Shown one piece after another: positions 54,066 through 64,000 of a DNA stretch of 64,000 nt. The notes under the pieces were generated by a model, which was not told where the DNA came from, did no database searches, and was given only the letters and a program-made list of their open reading frames with translations. The stretch is from contig OX597822.1 in NCBI GenBank assembly GCA_951406725.2, positions 65,534,001 to 65,598,000 on the forward strand, written 5' to 3'. The number at the start of each line of letters is the position of its first letter. Positions within the stretch are counted from its first letter, which is position 1. The stretch is from Octopus vulgaris (lineage: Eukaryota). A program made the position numbers and the translations under genes.

Positions 54066-55639
54066 TAAGTCAGTATTGTACATGGTAAGAATGTTTCATT
54101 CTAGATATATCAGTCATTTGTCAGTAACTACTTTTGTCATTATTTCTCTGTGCGAGCTATTCAAGATCCATCGTGTATATATAGCAATTTGATATTTTAT
54201 TTCATGGTAATTTATTAATAGTAATTATCATAGATTTTGAAGTATCGGAGAAATGATTACATTTTGATAACAAACTAAATCTTCGGTGATTTCTCAGTGG
54301 GAAATTAACAATAGATAAATAAGTAAATTAAAATCGAAACAAACAAAATAGTCAGCAGAAGAGATGTAATGTCCATCACTTGTCCAGTTCCAACCAACGT
54401 AGTGATAGAAATGCTACTAGTGCCCGGCTTAAATATCTTCTGATCTGTACTGGTAATGTAGGAAGGTATTGTTGGTATTATTGTAACTGAGTGAAAATAT
54501 CTGAAAGCACTCAAGGACTGGATGATGTTATTGATTAGGAGAACAGTTAAGCCCAAAGCCCACAATAAACTCTAGACACTACAGGCAATCAGGATGCGAA
54601 TCTAGACAATTAGAAATGCATTTAAAGGATTCTATTAATGCTGTGTGTAGTGAACTGTTATCTTTTAACATTACATAATTATCAATAGCTTCAATTGTAA
54701 CGCCTTTCAAAAATTTCTTATTCAACGTCAGTCAGTATGGAAGATTCATTTAAGTTTCATTCAGATTTCTGTGTGTTTTTTTTTCTTTATAAATTGAATG
54801 GCACTTTATTCTACGAGTGGAAAGTTAATATTTCCAATTAATTAACACCTCACTGATTAGATTTCGATGCACTTGGTGCTAACGAGGCATTTAGCAGGGC
54901 AAAGAGTACACTGCTTAGTGGCTTTAAGCACAACTTAGCGCAGGTATTTACATTCTTAGAAAAGGATAAGCGAGATTGTTTTAACGATAGTAACAAGCAT
55001 AAGAATGAGAACATTTCATTAGCTAATCGACCAAGTAATACGGAAGTTATGGAGTACATGTTCATTCTCAGCTTGCGGCATAAATAAATTGATATGGACC
55101 GAGGACTGCTATGATTTGCAGCAGTAATTTGCCGTGCAGTGAAATACTTTTAGAAAACTGTGAAATCAATTTAATCTCTGTCACTCTGTGGAAAATATGT
55201 ACGAGTAGGCATGCATGACTTGGTGGTTAATAATTAAGCTTCGCAGTTGAGTGATTTCAGTTATAACTTTAATACGTGGTACCTTACGAACATGTATTTA
55301 GCTACAAAATTTTATAAAACTTGGGACAAGAAAACTGTGTGGAAGCCCATCTTAAGAACATTAATGCTCTTCTCGAGTAAAGAGAATTCTTGTTCTGAAA
55401 AAGCTGTTATATGATATCACGCAACCTCTTAAGTGGAATCCACCCCAAAATATTTGCGACTCACCTCCAGTCTCTTGATTAATATGCATCTTCAACTTTA
55501 TCGGTGATAATATCCTTCAGGAAGATCAAAGGATTTGATCTTACACCTCGGATTAAGCTTTTAAAATAATATTAATGTAAAATTTTCTAATATAGGCACA
55601 AGGCCTGAAGTTTTGGGGCGATTACATCCATCCCAGTGC

Positions 55640-55781
55640 TCGCCACCACCCACTGCCGGAGCCTCGTGGATCTTTAGGTGTTTTTGCTCAATAAACACTC
55701 ACAACACCCCATCTGGCAATCGAAACCGCGATCCTACGATCACGAGTCCGCTGCCTTAACCACTGGGCCATTGCGCCTCCA
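55640..55781 (-). mobile_element. SINE family C, 5' part
   Basis: Reverse of GGAGGCGCAATGGCCCAGTGG...GTTTCGATTGCC. Confidence 0.8.
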
Positions 55782-55802
55782 CACACGCACACACACACAT
55801 GC

Positions 55803-55915
<113 letters not shown>

Positions 55916-57176
55916 TACATACATACGTACATACATACATACATACATATATGCATATGCATTTGTTCTGCAGACTGTAATATATTCTTCCATTATATTA
56001 TATGTATTTGTTTCATTTATTAAAAACGAATAAATAAAATAAGATATAAATATGAATGAGAAGCACAACACATCAAATCGAAAGAATTGTTTATTACACT
56101 CAGTAGATCGCTTGCTGGCAAAGCAGGAAGTATATTGATGTTTGTATTGATTCGTCTGTATTAAACGGTGGATGTGAAAAAAAAAAAAAAATTGAATGAA
56201 TATTGGACATAATCAATAATTACACTCGCGGTAGAAGTAAGAAAATGTTATTCAAGCTTCCGGAACCTTCGCAATATTTTGGCAGATAGTATATTAGACT
56301 TCCTGAAGAGAGCACCAGTTATGCTTCGAAATATTACTCCATCTTGTTGAAACTACATTCTTTACTTTGTATGCAGTTATTCTACGTATACTACAAATGG
56401 GATTCATGTATAGGTATGTAGTTGTCGGTGTGTGTTTGTATGAGAGTTTATAAGCGAAACTCTGCATGAGTTTGTGTGAGTCAGTGTAATTCTGCTTGTA
56501 TAAAGAAAATTCGGAATAAATTTATAGGCAAACATGAAATAAAGAAAATATATTATGAATATCCACATACGTCAGCCGCCAAGTAGATACATCATTTTCT
56601 TTCTTTTTGATTTACTCGTCTTCTTGTTCTCAATTCAGACATATTTTAATAGCATTTTTATATGAAAGAAATGCATCCCATTGACGCTAAGTTGAAGACG
56701 TGAGAACGAGCATTGTTTGCAATAAAAAAAGAGCAATATTCTTTGTTTGTTGTAGTAAGATGAACTAAGAGAATTTTCGATTCCTCGCCTGTTCAACAAT
56801 AGACAAACGGTGTCCGTTTCTTTATACACGGTTTTACGTTGTAAATTCTTCATTTATATTTTCGTTTGATTAGTGTTTAGTTCAATCGGGAATTTATCTT
56901 ATTATTCAATATTTGAATTTGCAGTTGAACTGAGACACCTGAATAAATAAGGCTTCTCTCTAATATATCCGAAGCCTAGGTTCTTCAAACGTGATGCCTA
57001 ATTTTTATATCAAGCAATAAATATTCATGCTGCATACCATTTTAATCAAAGATACCATAATAAAACCAACAAGTTTTTTCTAAAGCTGAAATCCCAATAA
57101 GAAGTTAACTGGCTTTGTCGGTAACAGTTCACTCAAGAAAGATTTCATAGAAAAAAACTGACAAGGAAAGAAATTT

Positions 57177-57455
57177 GTGAATCTATTCGAGTTAACGGTT
57201 CTTCATGAAGATAACTTGGACGCCGCTCGGGCTCGACAGATTGACCATTATGTAAACCTCTTCAGGAATTATGAAGACGCAGGCTGGAAAGAGGAGCATT
57301 TTCCAATTGAAGTCGGATGTAGTGGATTTGTGAGACGACTATTGTTATCGTTAGGCCTAACTCATCGTAAAGTAAATACCACCATGATCGATATCCAAAC
57401 TACAGTGGAAAAGGGTAGCCACTGGATTTGGTTTAAAAGAGACGATGAGCGATGA
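57177..57455 (+). pseudogene. 3' fragment of a HERO-like non-LTR retrotransposon (restriction-like endonuclease C-terminus)
   Basis: ELTVLHED...AGWKEEHFPIEVGCSGF...LGL...EKGSHWIWFKR resembles the ELTVP.E...GW....PVEVG.RGF...S.WLW..R C-terminus of HERO-clade ORFs. Confidence 0.7.
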
Positions 57456-57839
57456 AATTTAATGGAAGGAACCTGTACAGAGGCCTGTTGAATGGATTTT
57501 ACATTAATTCAAAAAGTCTAGCATTATCACAGTTTTAAATTGACTCTTTTGAAATTTGCGTCAAGATTATATACGTCTGTGAAATACTCAGCTGTTTATT
57601 CGTTAATCCAAGGACACGCAGAATAGAATATTAGACTTTATTTAATAACAAGTTGACCTAGCAAGCGGAAGCCTCTAATCAGTGAGTGGGGACCGGTGCG
57701 CATTCATGCCGCCGGGAAGTAGGCTCCGAAATAGTGCGCATTCTCTCCTGATGATCCCATACACTTGCTGGCCTCCGGTATGCGGTGTTCTCCACAGGTA
57801 GCACTTACTTGCAAATCATCGGATATAAGGAGTGAATAT

Positions 57840-58000
57840 GTATGTTTAAGTCCCCGTAACTTAGCGGTTCGACAAAAAAGACCGATAGAATAAGTACTAG
57901 GCTTACAAAGAATAAGTCCTGGGGTCGATTTGCTCGACCGAAGGCGGTGCTCCAGCATGGTCGCAGTCAAATGACTGAAACAAGTAAAAGAGTAAAGAGT
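57840..58000 (+). mobile_element. SINE family A, 3' tail
   Basis: TCCCCGTAACTTAGCGGTTCG...GAAACAAGTAAAAGAG. Confidence 0.8.
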
Positions 58001-58212
58001 ATATATAGTCGTCATGATTGATCGCTAAATCCACAAGTTTTCCGTGATTCTCTCTTCTTATTCTCTCTCTGTTTATTTCCTCGTGTTTCTTTCTCTTGAA
58101 GAGCATAGGCTCGAAACGTAAAAGACGTTCTTACTTTCCCCAGCGTCAAATTAATACAACTGTTTGTTGTTTATACACCTGTCTTTGTCTTTTGTTCTAC
58201 AAATTTCAACTG

Positions 58213-58274
<62 letters not shown>

Positions 58275-58513
58275 CATGTGTGTGTGTTTGTGTGCATACT
58301 TACATATATATTTGTATGTATGTGCGTGTGTATTTGCGTGTATATATGTGCATGGATATATGTTTGTATGTGTCTGTGTATAATATAACTTAAATCTATA
58401 TATGCGTGTCTATGAGGTAATATATGTCCTAAAAATGTATATTTCTTTATGCCCTACAAAATGATATGGTTAGTACTTCTATTGTATTAATCTATACGTG
58501 CATCTATGTATGC

Positions 58514-58564
<51 letters not shown>

Positions 58565-58927
58565 TGTGTAGATGTGGGGTTGTCCGTGTGTGTTTTTCTG
58601 TGTGTGTGTGTGTTTGTGTACATAGGTCCATACATACGTTATTCATAAGTCTGCATGCACCTACTCTACATAAACATTACCAAGTAATTATATCTGTTAC
58701 ATCATACTTCCGCTTCACTTCACCTTGATCTTTTTCCTTCTTATAAGATATGATATGGAAAACTTTCCTCGTCTACACGTCAATAATTTTCATCCCTTTT
58801 CCCCATGTATTTATTTATTACTTACTTATTTAATATTGATTTATTTCTTTACGTTGCTTTGGTAATACTTTGATACATTCGGCATCTTCTGCTTTATATC
58901 ATAACTGTCTCTATCAATGCATATGAA

Positions 58928-59009
<82 letters not shown>

Positions 59010-59306
59010 GAGAGAAAAACCACTATTATGTAATTCAAACAATGATAGACATAAACCATATCATATAGAAAGAATAAAATATATTATAAAACATATATCT
59101 AGATCACAAAAGGTACATAATAATGAATAAACATTATATAATATGTAAAAAGACTAAGTATGTTTCGTGGCTATAACTTCAATTCGAATTACAATTAAAT
59201 TTAAATTTAAATTTAATCCCAAAATAATTAAATTTCAAATTTATATCGTGAAATTTGATTTAATACTAAATTGAATTTTTCCCTGTAAGTTTGCAGTTAT
59301 ACTCCC

Positions 59307-59366
<60 letters not shown>

Positions 59367-59372
59367 CATTAT

Positions 59373-59410
<38 letters not shown>

Positions 59411-59890
59411 TCAATATATATATATATATACTTATATGCCATGTACGCGCGTACACGCATCTGCATACGTAAGCCTATATGTATATATCTAACATCATTG
59501 ATATTTTTGATAAACGTTTACGGTAAGCCCTATATATTTCACAGTTGCACAGCATTCGTGAGTAAGTTGCAAACACTGCCACAAGATTCAGGGAAGGATT
59601 TAGTATGTAAAAAACATTCTAGAAAAATCGAAGGAAAAATACGAAAACAAGACATGGGAGAAAAAATAGAAAACCTACAATGATAAGTAATATAACATAC
59701 ACTGCTTCTTGAAATATTGAAATTATCGACTGTGCTATTCAGAATGTGGCACAAAACTTCTAGAACGTATACTTACACGCACATAAGCACACACAGAAGA
59801 TATATACATATAAATATATATATGCATGTGTATGTATATATATGTGTGTTTGTGTGTATGTATGCTTGCGTGTGTGTGTATGCATGTATT

Positions 59891-59966
<76 letters not shown>

Positions 59967-60082
59967 TATGTGCATTTATATATATATATACATATACGCT
60001 TGTATATACATATGTATATATATATTTGGAGAAGGAAAGAGGGGGATACATAGATTGTTAAATAGATGAATATGCGTATGTG

Positions 60083-60161
<79 letters not shown>

Positions 60162-60167
60162 AGACAT

Positions 60168-60199
<32 letters not shown>

Positions 60200-61036
60200 G
60201 TGTATATATATGTACATTTGTGTGTGTGTGCGTATATATATATATATATACATGTACACATGCATGTATGTATTCATTTTCACTCTAAGGGTTTCTTGAA
60301 ACACTTCCCTGATGTCTATTATCTTCTGTGTTCTCTGATCTTCGGGAAAACGTTTAATGTGTAATAAAACCTCTGCTTTCACGAAAGGAAGAGTAAAAAT
60401 TAATAGTCTTGACATTCAATTGTCTTGTTGCTGGTGAAGATGGTGATAGGATATCGATCGGATAGGATATCGATTAAAATAGCCTTAAGATATTGAAAGG
60501 TCTTTCGGTATCTCTCACACACATATATAAAACTTTACATGCATACATGCATACTCTTTGTCGACATACATAATATACATATATGAACCCACCCATATAT
60601 ATATATATATATATATATAGATAGATAGATAGATAGACAGATAGATAGATAGATAGATAGATATACATAAATAATATACTCCTGTTACACATAACTTGAC
60701 TTCCGTCAAGGAGATGTACTCAAGTACACTTCTCTCTAAGGAATACAACTCACCTTCTGCACCCGGCACACAAACACACGCACGCACATATGCACACTCG
60801 TAGTGTTGCAATTAAAATTTTTCTTTGCATGATCTCGATACATATATTGTGCATCGCGTTCAGAGTTTTATGCATGGCTAATTTTACTTTATATTTATGC
60901 ATAGGTCAGTGAGTGCATTCGTGTGCGTGTGAATGATGACCAATATTACACACACACACACGCACGCACATTTATATATGTATATACATAGACAGACAAA
61001 TAGATAGATAGATAGGTACATAGGCAGGCATATATA

Positions 61037-61170
61037 GGCGTAGGAGTGGCTGTGTGGTAAGTAGCTTGCTTACCAACCACATGATTCCGAGATCAGTCCC
61101 ACTGCTTGGTATCTTGGGTAAGTGTCTTCTACTATAGCCTCGGGACGGACAAACCCTCGTGAGCCCGTCG
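61037..61170 (+). mobile_element. SINE family A, 5' half with internal deletion
   Basis: Match to other copies. Confidence 0.8.
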
Positions 61171-61173
61171 TAT

Positions 61174-61278
<105 letters not shown>

Positions 61279-62409
61279 TCTCCACTCACGGGCACAGACG
61301 TGCATGAAAAGTACGCATACATGAATATATACATAGAAAAGTAATCTCACCTGAATAAAGAATATAAAACAAAACAGAGTTTTAAATTGTGAAGTGAAGG
61401 AAGATAATTGAAGACGAAAGCCCATTTTCTCGAATATTCATAAAGGAAGACAAAATCGAGTAAATATATGAAATATGATGGAAATAAATGTATTGCTGTC
61501 ATGCCAACGCCTTGAGTACATTCATAAATATATACATGCAAAAACTCAATTTGTGTGTATGTGTGTATACCTAAGTATGTATATATTTGTATACCGTTGT
61601 CCCAATCATCCTCCAAATGACCTGATTCTAAATTTGTAAAAGTCAACTTCATCCAATATACTTCAATAATTCAAATCGTAATTACTGAAGTGCCAAGAAA
61701 TATCGTTGTATTCTTATTATCTTCTTAGTGACGTTATTTACGAATGTAATAGAACCACCACTAAAATTACCAAATGCCATGTAGAAATCCCTGTTGGTGA
61801 ATTTAATATTCAGTTCTACAAACATAGAAACTCTTTCTGAAATCCAGCAAATGTTAATATTACAACATTTTTCATTGCACTTAGAAGATTCATAACTTCA
61901 GTAATGTTTATAGCTTCAAATTGAGAAAGATATCACATATTGTAATTTATCGATATTGATATTATAACATAAAGTTACGAAATTCCTTTAGAAAAAAAAA
62001 GATAAAACAACAAAAAGCAAACAGTAAATACTTTTCTCTTCACTCAGAATCTCTCAAGGCTTATCAACGTCGAGAACTGACTGATCACATCCAATTACTG
62101 CATTGTATATCGTGGTTTATTTATATTAATCGATTTCTGTTTTATTAAGACAAGTGCGTGTGATTTGGCGAGGGATTATTTACAATTATCAGCTGGTGAA
62201 ATGATCGCATACACGCTCATTTACAGTAAAATAAAAAAATATACTTGAAACGCTAAGTGATGCTATTCATGGAGTGCTAGATAAACTGACAGACGCAGTG
62301 ATAGAGCTAGCGGTACAATTGCAGATATCACTATGAGGCTCAACAGTAAGTTATCACCTTATTTAAAGCCGCCATTAACGAGTTGCAAGTATGTAGTCCA
62401 GGTTTCATC

Positions 62410-62472
<63 letters not shown>

Positions 62473-62563
62473 CTTTTTGTCTTAAATTAGTAATATCCTT
62501 AAGCTCACTTTTAATTTGAAACTATATGTGTGTATATATATATACATATATATATATACATAT

Positions 62564-62607
<44 letters not shown>

Positions 62608-62609
62608 AT

Positions 62610-62807
62610 TCATTTACTTGTTACTTGTTTCAGTATATACGATGGCCTTCTTTCAGTTTCCCTCAACCAAATCCACTCATAAGGCTTTGGTCGGCCCGAG
62701 GCTATAGTAGAAAATACTTGCTTTGCTCAAGGTGCTACGCAGTGGAACAAAACCCAGAACCATGTGGTTGGGAAGCAAGCTTCTTACCACAAACCCACTC
62801 CCGGGCC
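62610..62807 (-). mobile_element. SINE family A, degraded, internally deleted
   Basis: Reverse match; the tail TTACTTGTTTCAGT is joined directly to the 5' half. Confidence 0.75.
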
Positions 62808-63670
62808 TATATATATATATAGTTCAGAGATAAAATTGACCCTTAAAGATTCAGCTTCATCAGTAATATATGGATCGTGGTCGAATCTATTTTCACAAAA
62901 ATGAGATCGGATCGCTGTATGTTTTCAGAAGAATACTTCAAATAAAATCAGTTCTTGTAGGAAATTATTACATGAGATTTTAAGTACGCATTTGATATCA
63001 CTAAGATATGTAATTGGAAATGTTTATTTTTCGATTCTTTTCGTTTTCTAACTAGAATTATGCATTGATTAATTGTGAAGTTACGAGTATGATCTTTCGA
63101 AACATAAAGTGTTTAGTGTTCTTGAGTTGTAAAGTTTTTAAAGAATGCTTCCGTAACTTGATTTTTTTTTCTTTTACCAGTACATTTATAACAACGTAGA
63201 TCTCAAGAGGTTTTTGATTTCCACTTTAGATAATTCTTCTGCACATGAAAGAATAATTAATATTCACCACAAATAAATTTGTACTTGAAAACTATCTAAG
63301 TTTGTTTGCTTCATATAATATTAAATATAATTTCCAATTCTGGATAGAAGATCCCCGGATAATTATATTTCCGATTGTTCCCAACAATATTCCTTGTAGA
63401 CTTTTACTCTTTTCTGTATTACTTTACAGATTGTTCAGCAATTACATATAACATGAGAACTGAATATTAGGAAAAACACTTTCGTAGTTTGTATCCTGTC
63501 TGTCAAAAGTCTTCCCTCTTGAATATAAGTATGCAAAGATTTCGGTTACTAGAGAGAGAGATCACGATTGTCCCCATAATTATTTAATCCTCAGCGTACA
63601 GGAATGTGACAGCTTTACCATGGACGTCTATGAATTTTATAGTCATATAGTTTTTTTCACGTGATGGTAT

Positions 63671-63863
63671 ACTCTTTTTTTACTCTTTTACTTTTTTACT
63701 TGTTTCAGTCATTTGACTGTGGCCATGCTGGAGCACCACCTTTAGTCGAGCAAATTGAATAGTACTTATTTTATCGGTCTCTTGCCGAACCGCTAAATTA
63801 TGTGGACGTAAACACACTAGCATCGGTTGTCAAGCGACGTTGGGGGGACAAACACATACACGT

Positions 63864-63926
<63 letters not shown>

Positions 63927-64000
63927 AATCCATATATACGACGGACTTCTTTCAGTTTCCGTCTACCAAATCCACTCACAAGGCTTTGGTCGCCCCGCGG
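63671..64000 (-). mobile_element. SINE family A, runs off window end
   Basis: Reverse match to tail, microsatellite spacer and body. Confidence 0.85.

Noticed and set aside
57725-57760. CCGAAATAGTGCGCATTCTCTCCTGATGA as a type II hammerhead
   Set aside because: Core words are present but stem I cannot form and there is no stem II pairing.

Overview
AT-rich, microsatellite-dense eukaryotic DNA with no recognisable intact host gene. The repeat content (tRNA-derived SINEs with CORE/Meta-like bodies, long (TA)n/(CA)n/(ATCT)n/(TAA)n tracts) suggests an octopus or other coleoid cephalopod genome; this is inference. Almost all ORF-track entries are microsatellite read-through. Main content: (1) 1-4475, a near-identical ~545-bp tandem array folded into a giant palindrome, each complete unit carrying a type I hammerhead ribozyme (8 copies; retrozyme or Penelope-type non-autonomous element); (2) 19211-21465, an ORF1-only (CCHC gag-like, no RT) non-LTR retroelement with a 15-bp TSD, inserted in a SINE head; (3) R4/Dong-clade LINE fragments in (TAA)n tracts; (4) 46494-47281, a tRNA-headed element with a hammerhead-bearing Penelope-type tail and an inverted terminal copy, whose tail also abuts a Penelope GIY-YIG fragment at ~48.4 kb, suggesting a Penelope-mobilised SINE; (5) mariner, HERO-like and RTE remnants and many SINE copies. 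All calls were made by eye, without database searches or folding software.
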